A DNA stretch of 54,089 nt, filler included, from Bipalium vagum (GCA_037834085.1; 3 parts of 3 records of this genome joined end to end with filler, not necessarily neighbours in it); one strand, 5' to 3'; numbered from the whole stretch's first letter, positions 37,030 to 50,884 are shown. Numbers and translations are program-made. The notes: generated from the sequence alone by a model not told the origin.

Positions 37030-37400
37030 CAAAAATACAAAACTTACGTTTATGTGATATTATTTCAAACAAAGAATGACTGCCTCCGAATCATACCGAA
37101 CAATATACGATAGTGTTTGGAGGATACTGTAATTAGTAATAGTCAATTCAGAAAATGGTTTCAATGATTTAAACATGGAAATTTAGATTTGAAAGATGAT
37201 CATCTTGGACGACGTTCTCAAACAGTAGAACTTAAAAGAAGTCATTGAAACAGATTCTCGACAAACCACTCTAAAACTCTCTGAGAGGTTCAAATGCATC
37301 AACGTGGTCATATCAACTCATTTACATTCAATCGACAAAAAATAGATATGTCAAATTTATCCCACATCGATTTAGTCTTGAAAGCATGACAGTGCCAGCT
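37030..37400 (+). mobile_element. Decayed mariner 5' fragment
   Basis: KWFQ*FKHGNLDLKDDHLGRR...EVIETDSRQTTLKLSERF...THLHSI. Confidence 0.75.
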
Positions 37401-37620
37401 AACCTGATTCAAATTTTATTGAGCAAATCCAAGAATAATGTAATGGCAGATTTAATAATAAATAATATTATTCTAAACGACACTAACCTTGTTATTAGCA
37501 TAGTGCATTGAGGTTCATATAATCATGTCCAGATTGATTTAAATCAAAAATTTGATTAATTTTTAATATTTTTGAAACATATTATTAAAGAAAATAAAGT
37601 TTAAATACTCATTGATCCTA

Positions 37621-37621
<1 letters not shown>

Positions 37622-37694
<73 letters not shown>

Positions 37695-37794
37695 NNNNNN
37701 NNNNNNNNNNNNNNNNNNNNNNNNNNNNNNNNNNNNNNTTAATTAATTAANNNNNNNNNNNNNNNNNNNNNNNNNNNNNNNNNNNNNNNNNNNN

Positions 37795-37848
<54 letters not shown>
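37622..37848. repeat. Long (AAT)n microsatellite interrupted by assembly gap 37695-37794
   Basis: (AAT)n on both sides of the N-linker. Confidence 0.95.
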
Positions 37849-37850
<2 letters not shown>

Positions 37851-39304
37851 CAAATATCTACGATTAATTACATTACTACCACTAAGACCTAAATCCTAAT
37901 ATTTAATATTGCAAGTTAGTCTTTCACGACTTCTTAAATCAAGGAAATTCACAGTATTGAAGAACATGAATTTCAATTTTAAATTTATATTTTACAGATT
38001 TAACGCAGATAATTATTAAAATATTTATGGAAAATTATAATAATAATTAAGCATTTTTGTTTCATAATATAGAGTGAAATCTGGATTTTGTTAAAGTAAA
38101 GCAAAAAAATTGCATAGAACTTCAAAATAAAATAGATTAAATTTCCACATCAATGAGCAGAATTTTTTGTTTCAGTAAATAAATATAAAATTTTGGAAAC
38201 TCTGTAAAATTTTATATTTTTTATAGCAAAAAATTAATTTAAATGGTAATTATTGTAGGGTACCGTAACAATTCGGGAAATTTTGGAAAGAAAATTTCCA
38301 GGTTAAAAGATATTTTAAGTTCACTCTTTATGTGATAAATGTCTTTTTAAATTATTTATATTTTTTCAATTATTAATTTTTTAATTTTTCATATTAAATT
38401 CAGAAACATATGAACACCGTAGTCTAGGTTGGACTATCATTTTCAGGTAATCTCTAAAAAGATGAGTGAAAGAAGACGTCACAATAAATAAAGATAATTA
38501 CGTAGACAGATGTTTTCTTAGCTTGGAGTCGTTAAAGTTATAAGGAGCAATAAATTGTGATGAAGGAAATTCAGAGAAATAGCCAAATCGGTAATTGGTG
38601 AAGGCTGGGAGAAAATTGGGGAAAGTTTGATCGAAAATTTTCCATTTTGTCTCGTATTGAAACAAATAAAAAACGTTAGAAAAATTCATTTCAAAATTTG
38701 AGTGATTTATTAATATTTTTTATTTTTCCCAATAAATTTAAAGGTAAGGTTTTGTTGAATAAAATGTTCATTGAGTCATTAAAAAGAATCATTTTTCTTC
38801 CAAATTTTTTAGAAAAATTTTAAGAAATTTACTTGAAATCTTTTTTTAAAAAATTAATTTATCTATTTAAGTTCGTTTATTCCTGAAACACAGGAATCAT
38901 ACTCAAATTAAATATCTCAGAAAAAAAGTCTTTCAACGAATCTCAATAATATTTTTAATATTAATAATAATATCTCTTCAATTTTTTGTGTTGGATTTTC
39001 TTTTATAAGACTACTTTACAGTGACCGACCAATCCCATCGTCCGCAGCCTGATTGTGGGAAAACATCCAATTATTATTTGAGTATGTCCTACCTTAGTCA
39101 TTAATTGTGAACTTGAGATCATAAAGAAAAGTAACATCTCACTTCATAACTTCCGAGTCTGACACATCATTTTTATCAAACCTACATAATTTTAAGGTAG
39201 TAGTAATATTCAATCAGTGTGTGTCAAAATTTTATGGTTATCTGATTAATTTATTTATTGATTACATTTGTTTTAGTCAGACTAGTTTAATTATTTTCAA
39301 AAAA

Positions 39305-39620
39305 ATGGATGCTAAGAAATTTCGTGTTTGACTGGAAAAAATACCGTTGGAGCCAAGCAGTGGCTTGATAACAATTATGGGAACTCTGCAACAGAGATAT
39401 CACTATTGTTGACTGGTATGCTGATTTTAAACGCGGCCGTACAAACACCGATGATGCCGAAAGCTCTGGTCGCCCAAAATCGGTGGTTTATCCAGAAAAC
39501 ATAAAAAGTCCACAAAATAGTTTTAAAAGACTGTAAAAATTAGATTGCTTTGAAATACCCTACATCTTGAAGATATCAGAAATTAGTGTGTTTTCAATTT
39601 ACGAAAATTTAAGCATGTTT
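39305..39620 (+). mobile_element. Himar1-like (irritans) mariner 5' fragment
   Basis: MDAKKFRVL...GKNTVGAKQWLDNNYGNSA...DWYADFKRGRTNTDDAESSGRPKSVVYPENIK. Confidence 0.88.
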
Positions 39621-39639
39621 TTTGTTTAAATTAATTAAT

Positions 39640-40874
39640 ATTTGACATTATCCTAGCTAAACATTTGAAAATTAAATATGGATCGTTATAATATGCAACA
39701 ACGGGCAGAAATTGTCAAACTATTTTGTCAAAGCGGTAGTTCAATTTCAGTAAGCGTTAAAAAATTAAATGCAAAATTTCGGAAAAACAAATGTTCATCA
39801 AAACCAACAATTTACAGTCTGGTTAATGCTTTTGAAGCATTTGGCTCGATAGCAGATAGACAAAAATCTGAACGACCTCGATCTGAGCGTATACCTGAAA
39901 ATATTAAAAGTACACGAGAAAGCCTTGAAGACAATAAATGCATCTCAATCAGTCATGCACATGAATTAAATCTCTCAAAATCCAGTTTGTCGCGAATAAT
40001 GCATGAAGATTTGCATATAAAACCCTATAAGCTTACCATAGTTCAGAAGCTTAAAGAATCAGACCATCAAAGTCGCCTGAATTATTGTAATTGGTTGTTA
40101 GAAAGATCAATTGCGGATCCTCATTTTTTTAAAAAATCATTATGACTGATGAAAGTCATTTTCACTTGAGTGAAGGGGTTTTTAATAAACACAATTGTCG
40201 ATTTTGAGCAACAAAGCAACCCTATGTTTTGAAGGAAGAAGCATAACATTCGCCAAAAGTTACTGTTTGGTGTGGAATATGGACAAGACGTGTAATTGTT
40301 CAATACTTTTTCGCAAATGCTGCAGGTAAAACAGTTACAGTAACGGGAGAGAGATATCGACACATGATAGAAACATTCCTTAAGCCTTAATGTGAATGAT
40401 TTTAATGTGGAGAATATTTACTTTTAGCAAGATGGTGCCACATCCCATACAAATAGGAAAACAATTGCATTATTACACGAAACTTTTCCATCTGGCGTGA
40501 TCTCAGGTTTCGGTGATGTTGATTGGCCTCCAAGATCTCCCGATTTGACGGCTCCAGACTATTTCTTATGGGGATATCTAAAAGATAGTTTATATTAATC
40601 AACCAAAAACTATTACACAACTCAAAAAAAACATTTCGGAACAAATCGCTATGATTTCAATTGACATGCCAAAAAGTTATGCAAAATTCCATAAAAATAG
40701 CACAAACTTGTAAGGCTGTCAGAGGCGGTCATTTTAATGACATCATATTTAAAATATAAATTTTTGTAATATCTGTGTTTAAATAAAGGTATAAATAAAA
40801 TTACATGGCTTTTTAATTTTTATGTACGGAGAAATAGCAACTTAAAGTAGTAAAGCTTCTTTTGAAAGACCCTG
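39640..40874 (+). mobile_element. rosa/DD41D element, defective, with right TIR
   Basis: ORF 39678..40145; IMTDESHFHL; HSPKVTVWCGI; QDGATSH...WPPRSPDLTAPDYFLWGYLK (41-residue spacer counted); terminus ...aaagaccctg|ta. Confidence 0.92.
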
Positions 40875-40917
40875 TACATTATTATTTTTAAAAGTTTACA
40901 CCTTAGCTGAATACTTA

Positions 40918-41492
40918 TTAGGTGTACAACTATGACTCTGGCTTTTTTTAAAATGATAATAAAAATTTATGATCAGAAGAAGTGATCTATTATGAATTTT
41001 TAAAACCTTCTCAAACACTAACTGGTGAACTTTTTTGATCACAATTAATTCGTTTGAAGCAAGCTTTGAATGAAAAACGACGAGGATGGGTGACTAGACA
41101 CGAAAAGATAATTTTACAACATAATAATGCAAGACCAAACGTTAATTCAGTTATAAATAATTACTTAGAAGGTACAAAATGGGAAGTCTTACCTCACCTG
41201 CCTTTTTCACCAGACATCGCTCCTTCGGATTACCATTTGTTCCGCTCTTTGCTATCAACACTTTCCGTAGAGTGGTTTAGTTCCCTTGAAGACCTCCAAA
41301 ATTCGATTGACAGCTGGATTTCATGAAAAGAGTGAGAGTTTTTCTTTCATGGAATTCATTCGTTACCTGAAAGGTGGGCAAAGGTTGTAGCTTCCAATAA
41401 AACATATTTTCAATAAATGTTATAAATAAAATTTGTAATAAATATCTTTGCATTCTTATTAAAAAAAGTCGGAGTCATGATTGTACACTTAA
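40918..41492 (+). mobile_element. 575-bp internally deleted mauritiana/Mos1-like mariner with both TIRs and TA TSD
   Basis: TA|TTAGGTGTACAACTATGACTC...GAGTCATGATTGTACACTTAA|TA; ILQHNNARP...WEVLPHLPFSPDIAPSDYHLFRS. Confidence 0.92.
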
Positions 41493-42030
41493 TAATTTTT
41501 GTAAAGCGCTGATGTATGTTGATCAACAAACAAAATATTTACTGAAAAAAAATCATCGGATTTGTCAAATAACCGAATTTTATAAACGTCTTTTTCAACA
41601 AAGTAAATTTTGATAATCTTCTTTCGGTAATCTTCTTTCAAAATCTTCTTCAAAAAATCTTCATTCAAACAAAACAAAAAATAAAATCTATCCTTTCGCA
41701 TTTTTTTTGGGCAAATTTCTTTTCGTAATGATTGTCTTTTATATAGTCGTAGAGATTGGTCTACGACCACCAATCTCTTTGTTTGAAAGATTATTTACCC
41801 TATTAATTCCGAATTGATCTCGATGACGAGATAAAATTACCTTTATAATAATAATATTTATAATATTTATAATAAATCATTATCCCGAAGGTGGCATATA
41901 ATTTTTTTATTATTATTAATTTATTATCAAGCCTTTATCATTATTTCGACAGCGAGATAATATTATAATAAATGATCATCAAGTTTTCTTTAAAAGTGCA
42001 TCTTTAGAAATTAATTTTATTATTACTAAT

Positions 42031-42939
42031 CCTTGCATCGAATCCTGTATCTTTGGTATTATGAGTTGTGGTGTAAAGGTTGTGTCTTTAATAGCGGACG
42101 ATGCTCCAAATTCACTTGATTGTGATATTGTCCAGAGAGGGTGTTAGACCCATTGGAGTGTAAAAGACTGTTATTGATACTTCCTATGAGTGGGATTGTT
42201 TGAGAATGTAGTCAAATTTTGGTGGTAAACTCCACGTAAGGCTAAATACTTATGTGATTCTGATAGCAAACCAAGTACCGTGAGGGAAAGTTGAATAAAA
42301 TTCTGAATAGTGAGTTAAATAGTAAGTGAAATCGCTTATAGGTAAACCAGTGGAGCCGAAGGTATGGTGTGGAATTCAGTTAATTGTGTTTTGTACATAG
42401 ATTAACAGCATTCGTATGGAGTTGTTAGTTTATTGTTACGAAATGTGATTAATGCATTTTTATATGACTTTACTGCGAACAATAGAATTGATTTTCTGTA
42501 TTAATTTTGAAGGTAATCAATTCTTTGGAATTGATTTTATAGCTTAATTACATGGTTAACCAATGTATTGTTAATTGTGATTGGCTAATTTTAATGAGTT
42601 TTGATTGGAATTGTTTATTTATAGACTAAAACTATACTGTTTTTACGCATTTCAAGTCTTGATTTATTAAAGTGTTAATCTAAAGTCAGCAGTCATTATG
42701 TAATTAATGTAAAGATTTACTTTAGGGAATTGCAATGTGAACTAGCTGTAAAAGACTTGAGTAAAATTGACCCATCTAAAGATGTTCACATCTGGGCGGA
42801 GTTAGAGCGATCATGTAGAGACCCGAAAGATGGTGAACTATGTTTTTGCAGGTTGAAGTCAGAGGAAACCCTGATGAAAGACCGCCGAGGTTCTGATGTG
42901 CAAATCGATCGTTGGACATGAGTATAGTGGCGAAAGACT

Positions 42940-42971
<32 letters not shown>

Positions 42972-43016
42972 TGTTTCCCTCAGGATAGCTGGTATTTGCT
43001 GTTGTAGTTTTACCTG
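42031..43016 (+). pseudogene. Dispersed 28S (LSU) rRNA 5' fragment (D1-D3 region), internally deleted
   Basis: Conserved blocks GGTGGTAAACTCCA..AAGGCTAAATAC, CAAGTACCGTGAGGGAAAGTTG, GACCCGAAAGATGGTGAACTATG, GCGAAAGACTAATCGAACCATCTAGTAGCTGGTTCC. Truncated at both ends, substitutions at normally invariant sites, no 18S or 5.8S nearby. Confidence 0.92.
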
Positions 43017-43112
43017 CCGATGTCAGAGCTACTGTTGTAGATACAGCGGGTTTAGGAATCACAGTTATATTATGGTTTGCTATAGATTGAACATCTGTTA
43101 TTAGAGAGCATA

Positions 43113-43749
43113 TTTTCTTATAGGTCCATCTAAATTGTTTAGCTACAAAAATTCCTTTACTCGTTACTACTAGCGATTTGATTCGTTTTTGAAATATTGG
43201 AGATGCTACTAGACCGGCATTAACTCAACACTCATAATTTATTGTCTTTTAGATCCTTGCTTCCTATCCAACGTACCAGATTCAAAAAACTGATCCTGCA
43301 ATTTTCTGGCAAAGCATTTGTTGACATTAATAGATTGGCATAAATCTTCTACCGTGTCATATTCTGGTTCTACCTTTCCATCTTCAGTAACCTTTCATAA
43401 TTCAGTAATAATAAAAATATTTGATCCTCCGAAAGATTTGACATTTCTAAATTCAAGATTTGCAATAAAATAAACAAAATCGATTATTTAAAACAATCCA
43501 TTAACGCAAAAAAGTAATTTATTAAATCCACTTTTTTATGGTATGAATTACGTATTTAAAAAACTTCAGTTTAAAAAGAAATATGTTTAAAATTAAGTAA
43601 GCCCAACCATAGATAATTATGAAATAAAATCCAAATTAATATTTATGAAAAATATTTTATTTATTTATTAACTAACCAAACTTATATTTAGAGATAAAGG
43701 TAAATTATGTTTGTTGTAGCTAAACAATTTAGATGGACCTATAAGAAAA
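43113..43749 (-). mobile_element. 637-bp non-autonomous Tc1/mariner-type element with perfect 36-bp TIRs
   Basis: TTTTCTTATAGGTCCATCTAAATTGTTTAGCTACAA at 43113-43148 and its exact reverse complement at 43714-43749; internal remnant MSNLSEDQ...QFFESGTLDRKQGSKR. Confidence 0.8.
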
Positions 43750-46594
43750 GTAAAAAAGATACAAAAAATATTTGCTAGACAAAATAATTACTACAAATTA
43801 AGAAAATTAGAAAACTGGTTTCACAGATCTATCATTATTGATATTTATTTTTGGAAGAAATTGCGAATTGATAAGAGTTTACATTTTTTTTTATTTTCTT
43901 ATTTCACATGATTAAAAATATGATTTTGTTTAAATGCAGTAATTATTTAATAAAAATAATTTTCATAAATAGCAACATTTTAATTAAATTACTTAAATGA
44001 AAATGAGTGTCATCGTTTAATAAATTTTACTTCTTAAATATTAGCATTGTATAAGAATTTGAAAGTTTTAAATGTCTATTGTCCAAGTGGCTTTGTCGTT
44101 TGCTGTAGAGATATGGAAATTTCACAATATAGATTTATTTCATCAAGGGTAAGGAAATATAATTTTCACTAACCTTCTATTAATCCATATGTAAATGTCA
44201 TTTTATGAATACAAATATTGGACATGATATCCAGGACTTTTTCTGAATATATACTATAATTACTTAAGTACAAGCTTTAATTTAATTCTGAGAATTAATT
44301 TATATTATTATATAAATTATTATTTATCAAATTTCACAATTTCGGAATTGCTACATTTAATTAATATTCGCGATATTTGTCAAATATAAAATATTATTTA
44401 TTATTATTCAATGATGAATTTTTGAAAAAATTAATATTTAGAAAAAATGTCCAAAAATTTTGTTTTTATTGTGAAAAATAATTCATGTTTGTCTTTAACT
44501 TTGACCACCATAAACAGACTTCTTTGAAAATTTGGTTTTTGTTGAATAAACTTCAATCATTTAAATTGGAATGAAGAAAATCAATAGAAACGTAAAACAA
44601 TTGAAAACAGTCTAAACTTTTTTTAAATACATAAACATTTGTTTAATTGAATGAGTATATTTGAGGTGTCTACCTGCAAAAATTATTTTTAATTTTTAAT
44701 TAATTCTATTTGTTATTCGATAATCCTGAAAGTCTTTAAATTTGATTACAATAGTTATAATATATTATTATTATTATATAAAATTAAAGTAGACTTTTAA
44801 TCGTTTTTTTATTTATAATTTTAATTATAAAAGTATAATACTATTAATACAAGTAAGGTTTATGTTTCAGAATTTCAATTAATTTTTGAGTATTTTATTA
44901 TGATTTTACACTTTATCATAGTCAGTATGTTTAATAATCTCTTTGATTATCTTCGACTTACATATCTCGAGAAATTCTTTATTATTTCTTATCAAATATT
45001 TATTTAAAACATATCCCAAATATTTCATGTTATATATATATAACCAATCCAACCGCTTCCAAATTTAGTTTTCCAATAATATAATTTATTGATTTTAAAA
45101 AGGTAATATTTCTCGTTTCCTGTTAGTGAAAAAGAATAGAATCACATTTTATTGTTTGAGTTTGTGAAGAACATAATCAATATTCTGTAAATGTGTTCGT
45201 TTTGTTTATCTATCATCCTAAAAGAATATCATCAAGGTCATATTAAGGTTTCATTTATCTTGCAGTTCTTAAACGAAACCCTTTAGGTTTTTCACTGATA
45301 CATCTGAGCACGTATAACGTAAATTCCGAAGGACTTATAATTGCTTCTTTTAATATCTTCGTCTTATTAAATAAAAAAATGTTTTATTTATTTATTTTTG
45401 TTCAAGTTGAGATACCAAACATGATTTTAAAATGTTACAGTTCGAAATATTCACCCACTAAAAAACCATTCTCAAGCTTTATTTGGTTTCAATATTAAAT
45501 TAGATTTATTCTATTAAAAAGATTGAATACATTTGTATTATCTGTTGTTTAAATTCACTAATATATTAAGAATTAAGTAATATTCCGTAGGTGACAATTA
45601 GTATGGAGAAATTTCGCTAATAATACTAGACATAAAAATTTGTAAGATATTGAGTTCTGTAGATAATGAAAATGATATAAAGGTTATTCATTGTATTTCT
45701 TCTTTTAATGAGGAATATCCATCATCCAATTATTCCTTTCCATATGAAACGATTATTTCTTAAATCAGATATCTTAAGTTTTACTATTCATCGGAAATTA
45801 TGTATAGTAAGATTGATTATAAAGTAAAAAATCCATATTAAAATTAATATATGTTCTTTTTTCAGTCCAAGTAATAATAAATGATAAATATAGAAATGAT
45901 ATCATATGATTACGTGGATCAGCACTGTCGACCTGCCACTAAAAGGTGAAGTACAAATAAAAATGTCTTCACGTGTTTAATATTAAAGTTGAAATATTCC
46001 AATCTACTATGGTCAATATTTATTTTGACCGTTGGATATATCAAAAGAGATTGGCATTACGAAAAATATGTGTAAATAAGAATTAATTCCGTTTTTATTT
46101 CATACATGTTTTATTCTGTATTTTTAAAAGGAAATTCTTTTCAATTCTTTTACTCTTAAGTTATTTGTTACCAGACGTTGTTTAAATAATTAAAGTATAA
46201 ATAACTTTAAGGAAATATGATCATTTTTATTTTGTCTATAGAAATTGTTTAACAGCTTTATTATTTATTTATTTTGATCAAGGATTGGAAGAATAATTAA
46301 AGATTTCGAAAAAAAGTAAAATCAACTTTTTTTTCATTTTGAAAAAGGTTTTCATCATCTTCCAAAGTTCATTTTATAAGATTTTATTTCAAATTTTTTA
46401 TCATATTGATTTTAATGTAGTGTAATTATATTACAGCTTGATCAGTTTCAAAATTAGTATTTATTTTTAAAATATGTAAATTCAATTTATCTCTCCTAAA
46501 AATATTATTTATGAATAATCATTTAAATTTTTATAGATTTTCATTATTGATTTAAGTTAATTAAACAAAGGATTATTCTAAGTCAATTATTATA

Positions 46595-47495
46595 TACGGT
46601 GTGTATTAAGTAAGTACTTGATTTTGAAATGTAATACCAGAAAATATACTCAACATAAGACTGTAAATAATTGGCACAGTAACATGTATTTCTAAATATC
46701 TAATATTTTTCTACAGACTGACCATTAATTTTAATACACTTATGAAAGCGATTATAAAAATAATTCATAACATTTTGACACATTTCAGGTGATAGTCTAG
46801 CCGCCTCTATTTGAATAATATCTTTCAGGTCTAGGATATCTTTTTGTTGTTGACATTCATTTAAGGAAAATATGAAAATCAAGTTTTGAAGAAAAGATAA
46901 ATTATTTTGGATTGTTTAATTAGGCTTATGCACATTGGAAATCATTCACCATAGTGTTCGATCTGTAAATTTTGGATAATTGGTATCTATCATGGATAAA
47001 GATATTTTGAAATATTTTCGTCTTTATCGTTACAACTTTAAGACTACACCCAACTTACTTAGAAGCCGTTCTTCGCGATGCCTCAGGTACTTCTTCATAA
47101 GTTATATTTAAGTGGGATATTTTTCATCTTCAATTGATGATCATCTAGGTTTCCAAAGATCGCAAACACTATTACTCTGCATTTTTTTGCAAATGTCTTC
47201 CACATAGTCCTTCCTATAAGTAACTTTTTCCACTTCAAACTTTCTACGTGCAGTGTGACTGATTACAACTTAGTTATCAGTAAGAAAATTGACACTCTTT
47301 CTTCAATGGAGAACATTAATAAAAATTGAACTTATTGCAAATAAATTTGATAACACTTAATCATTTTAAAACAATTAAACATTTACATAAAATTTCGGAA
47401 ATTTTATTTCTTAGGAAAATGTAAATTTAATATTTAATTATGATATGTATATTTTACTGAGCTCTAAAATCGGATAATTACTTTACGCACACCCA
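46595..47495 (-). mobile_element. Decayed, internally deleted rosa/Tc3-like element
   Basis: MFSIEERVSI N-terminus; C-terminus LDLKDIIQIEAARLSPEMCQNVMNYFYNRFHKCIKINGQSVE; TIR-like (TA)TACGGTGTGTATTAAGTAA with a partner near 47475-47495. Confidence 0.7.
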
Positions 47496-49882
47496 CGCAT
47501 TGTACATAAAATAAATTATATATTAAATCTCACTCATAAAGTAATTTAATGTATCTTTTATTTTTAATGTATCTTTTATTAAATTTTTATTAAAATTTTA
47601 TTAAATTCTTAAAAAGTTTTTTTATTTAACATCAAACGTATATATATTCTCAAATATGAATATATTAAAACTGCATTTTCTACTAATGAAACCAATACCT
47701 TCACATACATAATAGGTAATTAAAACTCTATTCTTTTTATTATAATAAGAAGTTGAAACTTTTTGTATTTTAATGATTGAAATTTTTTGTTGTTGTATTA
47801 TATGGTTATTATAAATATATTTGTTCTCACTGTTAATTTGGTAATTTTATCTATTCAAATTATTTAACAGAAAATTAAAGCGTCTATAAAACCAGTTTAT
47901 CAGATATATCAATTATAATTATATTATATTATTCAATATATCAATATTATTTATATTAATTATCTTCTTTCCGTTTGTTGTCATTGATAAATGATATTTA
48001 TTAGAAAATTATCACTTAATTGATTATAATTTAGTGCTCAGTGTTTATTATAAATCATATAATTTTCCATATATACTGTACAGTGGCATATTAGAATTTA
48101 TTAGAATTTTATATTATATAATCTGAAATTGACTTTAACAATTATTCATACCAATATAACTTGAATAATGTAAAAAGATTTAAAGGATCTATCTAAAATT
48201 TTAAATTGGATATTATATATATAATTATGTTTTCTTACATCACATATATAATATAAATATAATAATATAAAAATTCATTAAAATTATTCATGTTATATAT
48301 AGTTTTATTGTAATCTTTACAAATTTTCAATCACTACTCGCATCACCGCCATGAAGAACATTGGATCTGGACGATGACATGTTAGAAAATTAATGACGTA
48401 TATGACACAGACATATGTCATTTACACTCATAGACCAGTCCACAGTGAGTAAATCTGAGAAAGTGGGGATCCATATTTAGTACCAAAAAATACAAAATAC
48501 TCATCTTAAGTCTTGAAATCACAACTTAATTTCGATTGCCTATTTGTGAAGAGAAATGAATTAATTTCAGTTAGAAACGAATTGAAAATTGTTTTTCATT
48601 TAAGGACCACTTCGAAGACTATGTTTAGTATAATGTCATTAATAATAGTCGAATGGCAACAGTTATTGTTCCTGGTATCGTATGCAACATAGGCGCCCAC
48701 TGGGTTGTATGTACAGCAATTCTTAGCTTATAAAAACTATCCTACTTTAAAAAAATCAACCCTAATCAATAGAAAGAAAATTATGCTAATCGATAGTGAA
48801 AAATCAAATATTGTAAAAATAGTTTTAGAAAAGAGATTTAAATTGTGAAAATATGTGACACCCACCATATTTCCGATATTTGGGAGATTTTTGTACTAGA
48901 ACATTATTTATTGACACAACCAATCCCACAGTTGTGATATTGTTAAAGTGGAAATTGGAAAATTTTCGGTCTCCAAAGATTTGGAAAACTGTTTTAAATT
49001 GTGAGGCCTATTATTTTAATGGTAAAATGTTATTCAATTTTTTCTTTTAATTAATAAAACAGAGCATAAAAATTCTTGTTCACCTTGGTAATTAAGTATT
49101 ATTAATTTAACGAAAAAAAATAAAATTTATCTATGATGGTCACTCAATATTTTGTTATCATTTTTAAACAAGGGTTCTAACTTTATTCATTGTTTTTTTA
49201 ATTTTCTAAAAAACAAGTGTATATATTTATTTTTATTATTTATTAAATATTTTTGTTAGTCTACCTGTAATGATTAGAGACCTTTGTTTAGCTTCTCGTT
49301 TTTTCTGTTTTAGTAAAAATTTAAAAAGTAAAAACCTAAGTTACGATGAATTATTCTAATATTTTTTTTAATTTTAATATATTTTGAGGATTTAATATAA
49401 ATTTTATTTTATTTAATATGCAAATTTTTGTTGAGTTAATTATTTTTGACAATCCTTTTTGCAGCATCAAAATATTACAATTCTGAAAGATTTATTTTTC
49501 TGTTTATAAACTCAACATTCCATTTCTTAAAGGTCAATTTTTTTAGCTTTATTTTCACCACCAGAGCCGATTATTATTATAAAATACATATTTTTTAGTA
49601 AATCTCTCTGGATACACTCATTACATAAATTAACAAGAAAAATAGTTGCACTGATGAAAAATATTCACGCTTCTTAACATTAAAAAATAACATTAACCTT
49701 TAAAAGATAAGGTTACAAAAATCTCGAGTAAGAACCAGATCATTATGTTTACTAAATGAAATTATAAATTAAACAGTGTAATTAATAGAATTTTTCATAA
49801 CTTATAAAACTGTAATTCTTTCAGACCTATAATACAAATTTTTAGAGGAAATATGCAACATTATTCGATAATGAAGAATATC

Positions 49883-50727
49883 CACTGTCCTGCCAAAGGT
49901 CTTCGGCCACCTAGTAAACATTTCGAAAAATTAATTTAATCTAATTTAAATATAAATATGATTTTTGCTAGCCTACTTTTTATTCTACTTTGAAGATTTA
50001 TAATCTATTTAGAGATTTTAAATTATCAATCAATATGCGTAAAGAGTTAGATTTATTTGAACGAGAAAAAATTGTTGGATGTCATCTGTGTGGAAAATCT
50101 ACCTGAGAGATGTCAAAGATTACTGGTCATCCGAGCTCAACTATTCAGTCTTTTCTAGTGAAGTACAATTGAGATGATACTATTCAATCAAATTCAAGAA
50201 GTAAATTGCGCAATTGTGGAAAGAAATAGATCATGTAGTAACTCCATGAAGTCTGCAAAATACAAATCCATCATAAATTCAAATATTTTACCTTTTATAG
50301 TTTATTTGGTAGAACCCATTTTATTTTTGAACATGATATTTCACCTGTACATCATTGAAACGTTCTTGTTGCAATCTAACATTTCAACCATTCAGTGGAT
50401 ATCGCAAAGTCTAGATCTTAATCCCATTTAATGGCTTTGGGATGAGGTGGAAAGGCGGATTGGACGAATTAGTTTGGGAAGAATGGCAAAAAGTATCCTC
50501 AAACATTCTGAAAAATAATGTGGATAGTAATCCTCACAGAGTAAAACTGTCATTAAGGCAAAAGGTTACTCTACACCATATTAAATATTATTTTATGTAG
50601 TAATCTGTGTCCTCTTTGTAAACTTCTATTAATAAATAAATGGTCTTGGAATTTAGTTTTGTTTATCATATATTAATATAATTAATAATTTTTTTACTTG
50701 GTGGCCGAAGACTTTTGGCATTGTTGA
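49883..50727 (+). mobile_element. Internally deleted Tc1 with TIRs
   Basis: TGCCAAAGGTCTTCGGCCACC / GGTGGCCGAAGACTTTTGGCA inverted pair; MRKELDLFEREKIVGC...; WISQSLDLNPI*WLWDEVERRI. Confidence 0.88.
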
Positions 50728-50884
50728 TTAGGTCGATATGAAATTTCCGGCTAATAGATTTGGAAGTTGAGGTGTATTTTGAAAAATAACCAAATGTTTA
50801 TTCAATGAAATAATCACTATTTGAATCAATTGTTCGCTACTAGCGGTCATGTAAAATAAAATATTCTTTTTTGACAATATTTAT

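Noticed and set aside
38498-38689. ORF 38498..38689 as a host exon
   Set aside because: Mixed frames resemble a decayed mariner PPYSPDLSPTD...SLxNFL region.
42730-43062. ORFs 42730..42921 and 42859..43062
   Set aside because: Spurious translations of 28S rRNA sequence.
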